64,000 bases of DNA. It comes from an uncultured delta proteobacterium (GTDB lineage Bacteria > Desulfobacterota > Desulfuromonadia > Geobacterales > Pseudopelobacteraceae). The translations under genes were made by a program, and so were the position numbers. Within the stretch, counting starts at the first letter, position 1, and every line of letters begins with the position of its first letter. Location of the stretch: positions 192,001-256,000 of the forward strand of contig CAVYYZ010000012.1 in assembly GCA_963772835.1 (NCBI GenBank), read 5' to 3'. The notes below the pieces were generated by a model. The model was not told the origin of the DNA. It saw only the letters and a list, made by a program, of their open reading frames with translations, and did not search any database. Positions 17,492 to 29,161 of the stretch are shown piece by piece.

Positions 17492-20400
17492 GATTATCTC
17501 CTTCACCGCTATTTTCTGAATTACCTTCGTCACTCAGGTCGGTCGCTTCGTTGCCCATCGTGGCAATCCAATGATTATTAACCATTTTTACAACAGGAAG
17601 CAGGGCAGCTTCCTGCGTGGTGAGTACGGGATCTCGGGACGGGTTGAGATGACTTTGGATTATGACTTTACCGGTAATATCCGCGGCTGTCAGGAAGGCA
17701 TTCCCGACCAGATTGTCGCTGGACGGGAGCGATACACCATTGACAACGACATTCTCACCGGCCTTGAGTATGACATCGCCGTTTTGCGAACTCACACTGC
17801 TGTTTACGGTCAAGTTGTCACTGGCCGAACCTGCGGCACCGGCGAACAGGGTAACCGTGTCGAAACCGCTCACGTTGCTGTTAACCGTCAGAGGGCTGTG
17901 CGCCGCGACGGTGACGGTACTGCCGGTTGACTCCACGACACCATTCAGGGTCATCGCCCCCTGATTGTCGAGCAGCACCAGGCCTCCGTTTGATATGCCG
18001 GTTACCGTCAACACTCTGTTGTTATTCAGCTGAACAGCATTATTGGTATTGGTTGCGCCAAGCCGGCTGACCGTTGTCAAAAATGGCGAAGCGTCGCCGA
18101 TACCGTTCAGAGCGGTTAGCTGAGCACTGTCGGCAGTGATCGATGATGTGCCGGGCGTACCGCTGATGGCTCCGTTGGTTGCGGTCAACGCAACATCTGT
18201 TCTGGCTGAAATTCCGCCGCTTCCGACGGTGATGTCGCGGAGGTCAGAAGAGATGTGAACCGCCCCGCCACCCTCGGCAGCCGCATCAAACGGCGCCGTA
18301 TTGGCGGCGACAACCGTTACAGTGCCAGAGAAAAAATTAGCGTCGGTATAATCGATGTCACCGCTCCCGCTGTTGGAAAGAGTTATTGAATCGACAGCGC
18401 CTCTGAGCGAAAGACCGCCGAGTGCGGTCACCGAAGCCGACGATGACTGGAGACTCCCTTCGCCGCCAGCCCAGTTATCCAGAACACCAAAACCATGAAT
18501 ACCGTTGCCGGCCGAACCGGTACCGCCGTCGCCGCCATGACCGGTCAGGGCGATATTGCCGTTGAATGACCGGACGGCAAAATTATTTGAATATGATCCG
18601 CCGCTACTGAAATAGACGCCGGTGCCTCCATCGCCGCCCACACCGACGGTTGAGCCGCCGCCGCTGCCGCCATACCCCTTGATGGAGATATCAGCATCGG
18701 ATCGAAGCGCGGTGTTGTACCCGTAGATATGAACACCACTGCCTCCTGTTCCACCCCAACTGTACGTACCACCGCTGGCGCCGTTACCGGCAGCAGCATC
18801 TCCGCCATTTCCACCGAACCCCTTCAGGGATACTTCACCTGAATACGTCGAGATGCCGGAATAATTCAGATGAATGCCGTTTCCGCCGTGGCCGTCGTTG
18901 CCGTACGCGTCGTTCGCATTGCCCCCAAAGCCGCCATCGGTGCCATTTCCGCCTTTACCGGAACCACCGATGCCGCCATAGCCGGTCAGACTGATAGCGC
19001 CGTACCGCGACGTGATCAGACTGTTGTCCAGATATATGCCGCTTCCGCCGCTCCCTGCAAAACCGGAGCCCCCGTTTCCGGTGTTAAGGGCGTTTCCTCC
19101 GGTTCCAAAGCCGCCTGAACCACCGGTTGCGATCAAGCCGATGCTTCCCGAGTCGGTTGAAACAGATGTGTTTCCGATCAGATAGAGCCCGTCGTAGCCA
19201 TGGCCGCCATACCCGTTGCCGCCACCGGATCCTCCATTGCCGCCAAAACCGGCACCGCCGTCACTCCCTATGTGAATAACCCGTCCGTCACTGCCGAGTT
19301 TTGCTGTGCCGTCAGGGTTGGTGTCAATATTTGCCTGCACTGTTATGGCTCCGGAGCCTGAAGATATGATGGAACTGCTCGATACTTTAATTCCATAATC
19401 ACCTCCACCGCCTCTGCCGCTGCCGCCAAACCCGTTTGTACCGGCTTCACCTCCACGGCCATATCCGCCATTACCACCGACACCGCTAATAGCAATATTT
19501 CCGGAATCGGAGCTGATTACCTCATCATATAATCTGACACCCCTGTCGCCATCACCGCCAATACCCTTGCCAAAATCAACAAAATACTGGTTGCCGTAAT
19601 AGTCGTATTTCTGGATCTTGTTGCTTCCGGTAGCATTGCCCCCTTTACCGAATCCTCCGTTGCCACCGGTGCCGGTTATACTAATGTTCCCTGAGCCGGT
19701 CTGAATTGAACTGTATTCCAGATAGGCCCCTTTTCCGCCGGATCCACCGTACGCGTTGCCGCCGGAACCACCGTTGCCGCCCTTTGCGTTGCCTCCGCTT
19801 CCGCCTACACCGGTAAAAACAGCGTTGGCTGCCATTCCCGGGAAGCCGGCCGTGGCCGTAAGTGTAGATGCCATACCCGCCACTGCCGCCACTGGCGTTG
19901 CCGCCAAGGCCGGTACCATCACCATTACCGCCGAATGCATGCCCGCCGTTACCTCCGGTGCCGACCAGCCTGACCATTGTACCGGTTCCCGTTGACTGGA
20001 TGGTTGTTCCCGAACCGGTATAGATACCATCGGCTCCGCCTCCGCCGGATGCAGATCCGCCGCTGTTTCCGCTTCCGAACGCAGCACCGCTGCCTGTTGC
20101 GTCCCCGCCGAAGCCGCCTGTTCCGGTGATGGTCACATTGCCGAGAGCAGATATGCGCGAACTGAATTCGCCATTGTAGTAGTTGTTCAGTTCGAATCCG
20201 TGTCCCCCATGTCCACCACGGGCATACGGAGCAATAGTTCCGGAACTGAACCCGCCAAATCCATCGAAGCCGTCGCCCCCCTTACCGCCGGTCGCAGAAA
20301 TATCAATGGTGCCGGTAGATGTAATATCGGCATAGTTGATGACTACACCATTGCCTCCTCTACCGCCATATCCTTCACTCGCGTAGCTACCGGACTGTGC

Positions 20401-23400
20401 GTTTGCACCGGTCCCGCTGCCGCCGGCACCACCGGTGCCACGGATGGTTACATCACCACCCCCGGACAGAGTTGACCAGCTGTTCGTTGAACCGAATGTG
20501 AAGCCCGTACCGCCCTGACCACCCGCTGCCGAACCGGCATAACCGGAATAGCCGGCGTAGCCGGCATAGCCATTTGAACCGTTCTGAACCGTTGTCGGGC
20601 CGATACCCCCACTGCCGCCCGTACCACCGGTCCCTCCCATGCCGCCGGTGCCGCCGAAACCACTCCCACCCGCACCACCGCTGCCGGTCAGGGTAATAGT
20701 TCCCAATGATGCGGAAGAAACCGGTGTACTGATCTCGAGCCCGGCTCCTGCCGCTCCACCCGCTGAACTGTTTCCGGAGCCCCCGAAACCGCCGCTGCCG
20801 CCCTGGCCGCCGCTGCCGCCGTAACCATAGGAGCTGTTCCAGCCGTTACCGCCTGCGCCACCCATGCCACCGCTGCCGCCATCACCGCCGAACGCATTCC
20901 CTCCGGCACCGCCGCTGCCGGTCATCGTAATGAGGCTGCGACGTATCCACTGAACCTTACTATAGTTGCCACGCGCCAGCAGGATGCCGGCACCGGCACT
21001 GCCGCCGCTGGCATATCCGCCGCCGCCGCCGCTGCCGCCACGACCGCCGCTGCCACCGTACCAACCGGTGTCACCCTGGCCGCCGGCACCACCAAACCCT
21101 CCACTACCGGTACCTCCGTCACCACCGGTACCGGACATATCGACGCCACCGTTACTGCTGATAATACGGCTGTCACTCGTGGATATGCCGGTGCCGCCGC
21201 TGCCGCCGTGTCCCTCGGCACCATCACCGCCGCTACCGCCGGAACCGGCGTAATCAGAAATATTCCCGCCGCTGCCGCCATCGCCGCCAAATCCGGCTCC
21301 GCCGTCGCCGCCACTGCCGTTCATGCTGATGCGGGCCGAAGTCGAATTCAACGAGCTGATATATTGCATCGAGATGCCGCCGCCGCCCGAACCTCCGTGT
21401 GCTCCGCCTCCCAGGCCGCCGTACCCGCCGATATAATCATAGCTGTATCCGCCAACACCGCCACGGCCGCCAATAGCTCCGCCTCCGCTGCCGCCGCTGC
21501 CGATCAGGGAAATGGCGCCACTGCCTGAATTAACAGCGCTGGAGTTCAGTTCAACACCACTCCCCCCCGAACCACCGTTTGCACTGCCGCCGTTGCCGCC
21601 TGGGTGCCCAAAGTAGGAACCATAGCCGACACCACCGCTTCCGCCGCTGCCAGCGCCGCCGCTGCCGCCGACACCGGTCAGGCTGATGTCACCGGAACTG
21701 CTCGAAACTGAAGCATAATTCAGACTGATTCCGTTTCCACCACTACCGCCATAGACCCAACCACCGCTTCCGCCGCTGTATCCCCCTTCGCCACCGGCAC
21801 CACCACTGCCGCTCCGGGCAAAAGCACCGCTGCCGCCGGTCCCTGTCAGAGTTATGACTCCCGAATCGGATGAGATCGGCCCTGACACAAGCAGGCCCGT
21901 TCCGCCGCTGCCGCCATAGGCATCACCGCCATTTCCACCGTAACCATTTTCGTAATTATTGCCGCCATTTCCGCCCAGGGCAGATCCACCGGCGCCACCT
22001 ATACCATTCAGGGTGATAAATCCTGAACCGCTGGTAATAGTGCCCGACAGGTTCAGCCCATCTCCGCCGGTACTACCATAGACATAGCCGCCGTTTCCGG
22101 CGTTAAGGCCCCAGTTGGAATTATCACCGCCGGAGCCGGCCGATGCAGCACCACCAAGTCCGCCGGTTCCTTTCAGGATTATAGCACCGGAACCGCTGGT
22201 GATAATACCTGACAGGTTCAAGCCGTTGCCGCCGGAACCGGCGTATGCAGAACCACCATTGCCGCCATTAGAATAGCTGCCGTAAGAATAATAGCTTCTT
22301 GAACTGGCGCCTCCTGAACCGCTTTTTGCAAAACCGCCATCACCGCCGCTGCCGGTCAAAGCAATTGCAGCTGACCCGACGGTAATAGTGCCGTCAATTT
22401 GAATGCCGACGCCGCCATGCCCGCCGTCCGCGCCTCCTGCTGAACCGGAATAACGAGAAACTGTCGTGGCAGATCCGCCATTGCCGCCGAAACCATCAAG
22501 TTGGATAAACGAAGCGGCGCCACCGCTTGTCGTGATGCTCCCCCCGTAAGCCAGCCTGATTCCGTCACCGCCGCTGCCGCCGAATGCACCCCTGTAATAG
22601 CTTGCACTCGCATCCGAAGCATCACCACCCCGGCCACCCTGTCCGAAGATCGTGACATTACCGCGTGAGTCAATAGAACTGTTGACAACCACTCCGCTGC
22701 CACCAGCATTGCCGATGCGCCCTTCTCCACCGGTGTAGCCATCACCGCCGGTACCGTGCAGCGTAATATTTGCGGCGGTCAGCGGGGCATCTACGACAAT
22801 GCCGTCCTGCCCTGCAGTGCCGGTAGCGGTCAGGTTGATGTCTCCGGTAGTTGTCAGTCCGATGGTGCCGCCAGTCGCAGCTGTAATGGAGCTAACTACA
22901 GTGCCAATGGTGAGAGTCTGATTATCGTGCAGGTTGACTGAACCGGTGTTGCCGGCCAGTGTGCCAACCAGGTTGTCAGGACTGGTCAGGTTGTATCTGC
23001 CGCCGACACCCAGCAGTTCCAGGCCGAAGGCCGAAAGCGGGGCGCTCTGGTTGACCGACCCCGTGGTTGAAAGAGTGATATTGCCAACGGCGGCCAGCCC
23101 GTAGGTATTTCCCACACCGCCGATGGTAAAGTCTCCGCTGTTGGTAAAGGAGAGCGTGTTAACATCGCCAGCCAAGGTTCCAACCTGATTGGCCTCATTG
23201 AGGGTGAACAAGCCGCCCAGCAGTTCCAGGCCGCCGGCAGTGATGGTGGCACCGGTGAATTGGGTCGTAGTCGAGTAGCCGTTATCAAGGCTCAGGTCAT
23301 GGCTGCCGGTAGAAATGGGTGTCAGTATGGATATTCCGTTACCGCTGATCAGCGACAGGTTGCTGTTCACGCTTGTAGTCACATTGCCGATGTCATTGAC

Positions 23401-26400
23401 GGAGATCGGGCCGGTTGTGTGGGAACCGAGAACAAGTGTTTGGGCACTTATGTTCCCCCATGAAACCGGGGTACCGCTGTTGCTGATATCGACGCCGGTG
23501 GAATCAAGAGTGATGCCGTATGAGGAGAACGGGCTGAGGGCTATCGTACCGTTCGTGTTGGAAACCGCACTGTTAAAGGTCATGAAATCGGCAATGAGGC
23601 TGAATACGGGGATACTTGTCGAAGAGATTGATATCGGTGCAGAAACCGTCAGCTGTCCGTCTGAGTTTGGATTCTGAATGACCAGTCCGTTGCTTGCCGA
23701 TACCGCATCCAGGTCGTTCTGGTCCAGTTCCAGCAGTCCGCCGCCCTTGGTACCGACTTCTACCAGATCGATATCAGTCCCTGTCGTGGCAGCAAGGGTC
23801 ACGGTGGAACCGCGCACAGTGCTGCCGGCAAGGGTCATCTCGTCGGCGGTCAGGGTCACGGTACCGTTGGTCTGGACTCCTGCAATTCCGTCAACAGTTG
23901 TTACTGTCAACGGTATACCGGCCGATGTGATGGCAATGTTTCCGAACGATGAACCCGCCGCCAGGTTGGTGATGGCATTATTGGTGTCATTCAGGGAGAT
24001 GTTGCCCCCGGCCGACAGCGCAAGATTGTCAACCTGCAGGTCGGTACCCGTGGTACCTTGCGCGATATCTCCACCGGAAATCAGATGCAGTGCCCCGGTA
24101 CCGGTCCGCTGAATCTGATTGCTGATGTCTATGCGATTGGTGTTGTAAGCATCTCCGATACGCAGGGTGTTGGTTGTGGTGATTGTGTCAAGTTCTGTCT
24201 GGTTCAGCCCGAGGGCTCCGCCGACCGGCTTGCTCCCGAGGTCGATATCTCCCCACCAGTAACGGGTCAGGTTGACATCAGGGGCGGTGATGCCTCCCGA
24301 TAGAGTCATGGAATTGGCAGCGATGGATATCGAACCGGCTGCATTGACCGCTGCAGTCTGACTGAATGTCTGGGTGGCAAGCGTGACATTCGGAGCGGTA
24401 ATATCCGCATTCTGATTGATACTGTTGTATGAAGCCAGGCTCAGGTTGTTCGCAGACGTGAGAGTAATCGGGGCGCTTATGGTGATGACATTGGCGGTAT
24501 CCCCGTAGTCACCGACCGTGAGGCTGCTGCCGGCGGTGATACCGGCCAGCTCACTCTGAGTCAATCCAAGAGTACCGGCTGTCTTCGTCCCCAGATCGAT
24601 GTCACCCCACGTTGTTCTTGAAAGTGTGACATTTGCTGCGCTTATGTTCGAAAGGTTCATGCTGTCGGCGTGAATGTGTATGTCGCCGGGAGCGGACAGT
24701 GCCGCATTCTGCAGGAAGGCGGCGCCGGTAACGGGGTTACCGGTGGTAAGGCTCAGGTTTTCTACACCGGTGAGCGAAATTGCATTGCTGACCGTCATGC
24801 CGGTGACATTCCAGGAATCACCGATATTCAGGCTGGCGGCCGAGACTGTTCCCAATTCTGCGGTGGACAGGCCGAGCGTACCACCGACACCGGAAATATC
24901 GCTGCCGCCCAGATCTATGGTTCCCTGCGTAGCGCGGGTCAGATTAACGGTCTGGGCGGTAAGTGCTCCGGTCTGGCTCATGGTGTCGGCCGCGACCGAT
25001 ATGCTGCCGGTCGGCAGTTCAAGCGAAGCCGCCCTGTTGAAGTCGCCACCGGTGCTGAGGTATACATTGTCAATACTGTTGATGGTGACGGGATTGCTCA
25101 CCGTAATAGTGCCCGACCCGGAACTGAGGTACAAATCAGGGGAGGATATCAGGCTCAGCTCGGCATTTGACAATCCCAGTTTGCTGCTGTCGTCAGTGGC
25201 ACCCAGGTCAATCGGCGTTGTCCCTGTCAGCGTTGACAGGTTGACGATCGGGGCTGTGACCGTCTGGAGGATGTTCAACCCGTCCGTTACCAGAGAGACC
25301 GAGCCGGTCGTCTGAACACCGTTCAGGCCGTCTACGCTGCCTATAGTCATCAATGGCGAGGCAGATGTAACCGATACGCTGCCGCCATAGCTTCGGCTGA
25401 AGTTGCTGATATTGCCGCTACCGGTGCCGGCAGTGACGGCAAGGGTGCCTATACTGTTAGTCGGATCGGTGAGAGAGATGTTGCCTCCGGCCTCCAGCGC
25501 CAGATTAGCCACCGTCAGGGGAGCCTGGTTAGCCGTTGAAGACTGGTCTATGTCACCGCCTGAGAGCAGATGCAGGGTGTCATTTCCCGGGTTATTTCGT
25601 AGGATAGGTGCGCTGACGGTAATGCCGGCAGCGGTGGACAGGTCTCCGATGCGCAGGGCGGTTGATGCGGTGATCGTGTCAAGATCGGATTGGGTCAAGC
25701 CGAGAGTGGAGCCGCCTGACAAGGTGCCAAGATCAATATACCCCCAGCTGTTTCGGGTCAGGGTGACTATCGGTGCGGTGGTCGTCCCCCCAAGAATCAT
25801 GTAATCAGCCGCTATCGTGACATTGTCTACAGCGCTGAGCGGAACATCTGCTGCCTGATTGAAGCTTTGGGTTGAGAGAGACACAGAACCTGTTGATGAA
25901 AGCGAGCCATTCTGATTTATGCTGGAGTTGGCAACGAGGTTCAGATGAGCTGCTCCCGCAATGTCCACGGGAGCACTGATTGACAAATCGCGCGTAATAC
26001 AGTTCTTGCCGCCGATGCCACAGTTCTTGTCGAGGTTGCCGATGGTGAGATCGGTGGCGGTGATACTGTCCAGATCCTGCTGAGTCAGGCCGAGGACTCC
26101 GGGCGTCTTGCTGCCGGTTGCACCCACCAGGTCAATATCCCCCAGGGTGCTGCGGCTAAGGTTGACTGTCGGCGCGGTGATCGACCCGCCAAGGGTCATG
26201 TCATTGGCGGTAATTGTAATGTCACCGGAAGCGGAAACGGTTCCGCCCTGAATTATGGGTCCTTCTGAAGAGTTTATAAGGATGCCGCCACCGTAACCGG
26301 AATTGGCACGTGTGACACTATCCACTCCCAGAGTCGTGCCGCTGGTCGATTTGAGAAAAATCCGGCCGTCCTGTCCCGCGACGGCGCTATCGGCGCTAAT

Positions 26401-27225
26401 GGTACCCTGCTGGCTGACCAGTCCGCCGAAGATGCCGACTCTACCGGCGTCCGCGGTGATCGTGCCGATATTAAGCGCTTTGTCGGTCGGGGCGCTGATC
26501 ACTACGGCAATTTCGGGGTTGTCCGGGTCTATCAGGTGCACGCTCTGCCCGGCAGCCAACACAACATCACCGTTAGGCGCCGTTATTATGCCGCGGTTTT
26601 CAACCTGCGGCGCGATCAGCCAGACCTTGCCTCCCGCAACTGTGGTGATTGCCCCTTCGTTAATCACCGAACCTGATTGGGCCCCGCCGGTAAAGCGATA
26701 ATTCCCGTCGAGAAAATCATTGTTGGTCATGCCGAGCGATGATGCCACCAGTCCGGCCACATCAATTTTTGACCCGTTTCCAAAGAGGATTCCGTTAGGA
26801 TTGAGGAGGAAGACCCTGCCGTTGGAGTCGAGAAGTCCAAAAATGTCCGACTTGTAGGAGCCGGTAACCCGGTTGAGTACGGAGCTTGTCGGACTCTGCT
26901 GGATGAAGGTGGTCCGCTCGCCGGACGCGATAGAAAAACCCTGCCAGTTGATGATGGTATTGGGAGAGTTCGTGATGGTCAGAGTCTTGTCGTACGTGGT
27001 GCCGCCAACGGTGGTTGACCCGGTGTTGAACGTAGCGGTTCCGCTTACTACCTGCTGTCCGGTGGGTAAGGCCTCTGCCCTTGCAGCCAGCAGCGTTATG
27101 GCAGCGGCCGCTATGACAGCTTTCACCGTGATGGGCGGTGGACCGCCGTTTCCTTTGACTATTTCGGCGACGATAACCCAGGCGTTCTTGACTTGGCTCC
27201 AGATCAGACGATACGCTTTATTCAT
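17454..27225 (-). CDS. Giant filamentous-haemagglutinin-family TpsA exoprotein (~3,250 aa) with Gly-rich repeats; frameshift near 19855 (pseudogene or assembly indel)
   Basis: ESPR signal MNKAYRLIWS, TPS domain (IINWQGFSI, VLNRV, NPNGILFG) and beta-helix-type repeats. The repeat pattern continues from ORF 19681..27225 into ORF 17454..20087. Confidence 0.88.
18495..22760 (-). repeat. ~25 imperfect coding repeats: GxG(I/L/V)x(L/I)..IxSxSGxIxLxGxGG followed by GGxGG-rich loops
   Basis: Counted by eye in the two translated TpsA ORFs. Confidence 0.85.
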
Positions 27226-27251
27226 GGCGGTACTCCTTCTGCTTCAGCAGA

Positions 27252-28826
27252 TTAGAAGGTTAACTGAACTTTGAAATGCCATCGACCGTCCCCGACTTTA
27301 CGGTTTTCGGATGCGTTGATGACACGGCCATAGTCTGTGCTGGCGACAAGATTACTGGCGACAGAGAGACGCAGACCGAAACCGGCGCTGGCGGCACCAT
27401 TTACTGAGGCTTCACCCGGCAGGGGTTTGTTGCGCTGCAGATAGGCGGCATCAACGAACCCCAGTACCCGCAGCTGCGAGGCATGGACGCTCCCTATCAT
27501 ATTCGGGGAGTATAACTCCGCGGTGCCGGCAAGACCGATATCGTTGGTCAATTCACGTTCGTTGAATCCGCGCATCGAATTCTGTCCTCCGGCACCAAAC
27601 TGCTCTCCGGGAATGAGCGGAACGGTTGCGTACTGCCCGTTGAAGCTGATTCTGGACAGAACATCCCCTCCGAGGGAGGCACGCAGGGAGCCGCCGCCCC
27701 TCAGTATGGTGAAATTAGCCGGGGCATCAAGGCGCAGTTTTGCATAATCAGAAGTATCCCCCTTTTCACCGCCGGGGATGTTCTTGGAAAGTGAAACCCA
27801 GAGACCAACCTCATTGCCGGTACCGCTGGCATACGTTCCGGAATAGCCGATGCTGACCGGAATCGATTCTGTTGTGGTGCCGAGAGGCGTGCCGGCGTAA
27901 TCAACTTTGTTATCGAAACGGCGGTAATCGAACCCGTACAGCAGACGATGTTCGTAGGAGCCGATACGAACGAGGTTCTGGTTGTAGCGGAGGCCGGCAA
28001 AAGTGCCCTTACCGCTGACGTTGAGACTGAGTACTCCGGACTGAACCGTGCCCGAGTCTACATCTGAATAGCCGCCGTATATGTCGAGGGAATCACCCAG
28101 AGAGTAGAGTGGAACCCGGTAACCGAAGTTGTAGATGCTGACTTTGTCAAGATGGTCAGGTGAGGTGGTGTACTGCAATGTCAGCAGATGATCCAGGTTG
28201 AATAGGTTGGCATGCTGGGCAAGAATGCCGAGCCGGAGATACCCGGTCTCGGTGTTGCCGGTGTCATCGAGGGAGAGACCCACTTTCCAGGGTTTCTCAT
28301 CGACTACTTTCAGCTGGGCGTTGGTGGTGTCAGTGTTGTCACCCCCCTGAAGCAGCATCTGAGTCTTCCGGGCGGGATTTTCGTTGGCGACTCTGATGTT
28401 CATGGATATTCTGTCCAGATCAGGGACGGTACCCTCCTTCAACTGTGGAATGCTCGCACGGATGTTGGCATTGTCAAAGTATTTGTTCCCTTCGACGGTG
28501 ACGGTACCAATGCGCACTTCGAGGACCTTGAGCTTGACCACGCCTCCCTGCAGCTCCTGTTCTGGAAGCAGCACCTTCACTGCATGGTAGCCCCGGATGC
28601 GGTACGCCTGCTCGAGCGCCTCCACCGCCTGCTGCAGTGTCCCGAAATCGCTCCCCCTACCGGTGTATGGGGCAAGAACCCGATCAACCTCAACTTCGGG
28701 AAGAATGCTGTTTCCCTCAACCTGGTAGCGGGTCACATCGAAGCGGGGCACATCTGCAGCCCGGACGGGACCGGAAAGAGAGAGAGCCAGAAAAACGAGA
28801 AGGGATGTTCTACAAAAGAGGTTCAT
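27252..28826 (-). CDS. TpsB (ShlB/FhaC/HecB family) outer-membrane transporter
   Basis: Signal peptide, POTRA (VEGNSIL, AYRIRGY, VLLPEQ), GGQNSMRGF (VRGY-like motif), C-terminal Phe. Confidence 0.92.
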   Translation of the reverse strand: MNLFCRTSLLVFLALSLSGPVRAADVPRFDVTRYQVEGNSILPEVEVDRVLAPYTGRGSDFGTLQQAVEALEQAYRIRGYHAVKVLLPEQELQGGVVKLKVLEVRIGTVTVEGNKYFDNANIRASIPQLKEGTVPDLDRISMNIRVANENPARKTQMLLQGGDNTDTTNAQLKVVDEKPWKVGLSLDDTGNTETGYLRLGILAQHANLFNLDHLLTLQYTTSPDHLDKVSIYNFGYRVPLYSLGDSLDIYGGYSDVDSGTVQSGVLSLNVSGKGTFAGLRYNQNLVRIGSYEHRLLYGFDYRRFDNKVDYAGTPLGTTTESIPVSIGYSGTYASGTGNEVGLWVSLSKNIPGGEKGDTSDYAKLRLDAPANFTILRGGGSLRASLGGDVLSRISFNGQYATVPLIPGEQFGAGGQNSMRGFNERELTNDIGLAGTAELYSPNMIGSVHASQLRVLGFVDAAYLQRNKPLPGEASVNGAASAGFGLRLSVASNLVASTDYGRVINASENRKVGDGRWHFKVQLTF

Positions 28827-28932
28827 GGTTCCTCCCGGGGACGATTCATCACATATTCAAAGCGGCAGATTTGTGCAGTAGTTGCCATGAAATCAAATTA
28901 GACGATTCACAGCGGATGGCACTATAAAACAA

Positions 28933-28952
28933 TGTTGCATACATTAGCAACA
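28933..28952. promoter_or_regulatory. Inverted repeat TGTTGC-N8-GCAACA upstream of tpsB, candidate regulator site
   Basis: Perfect 6-bp arms in an AT-rich intergenic region ~110 nt upstream of the tpsB start. Confidence 0.35.
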
Positions 28953-29161
28953 AGAAATAAAGAGTCACATTACGGTTTCTCTACATATTATTACGGGCGG
29001 AAATTATATCTCACGAAATAGGGGGGCGGGTCGGTATATTTTTACCCGATTATTAACGTTTTTTTGTTGTAGCTGTTACCACATGAAGCCCGGGGGCTTG
29101 TATCCATCCATCTGACATTGTGGGACGTTTTGCTTTTCCGTAGAGGAAGTAACACTCCCTG

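Noticed and set aside
19860..20087. N-terminus of the 877-aa ORF as an independent gene
   Set aside because: The first ~75 aa are an off-frame reading of the Gly repeats with no signal peptide; better explained by a frameshift.
19756..21528. Pro-rich and Ala-rich ORFs over the Gly-rich region
   Set aside because: Antisense or alternative-frame artefacts of GGC-rich codons.
18495..22760. Possible CRISPR or tandem DNA array in the ccgccg-rich stretch
   Set aside because: The repeats are degenerate at third codon positions and coding; there is no constant repeat/spacer structure.
28870..28940. Sigma54 promoter upstream of tpsB
   Set aside because: TGGCA hits on both strands lack a GC at the required spacing.
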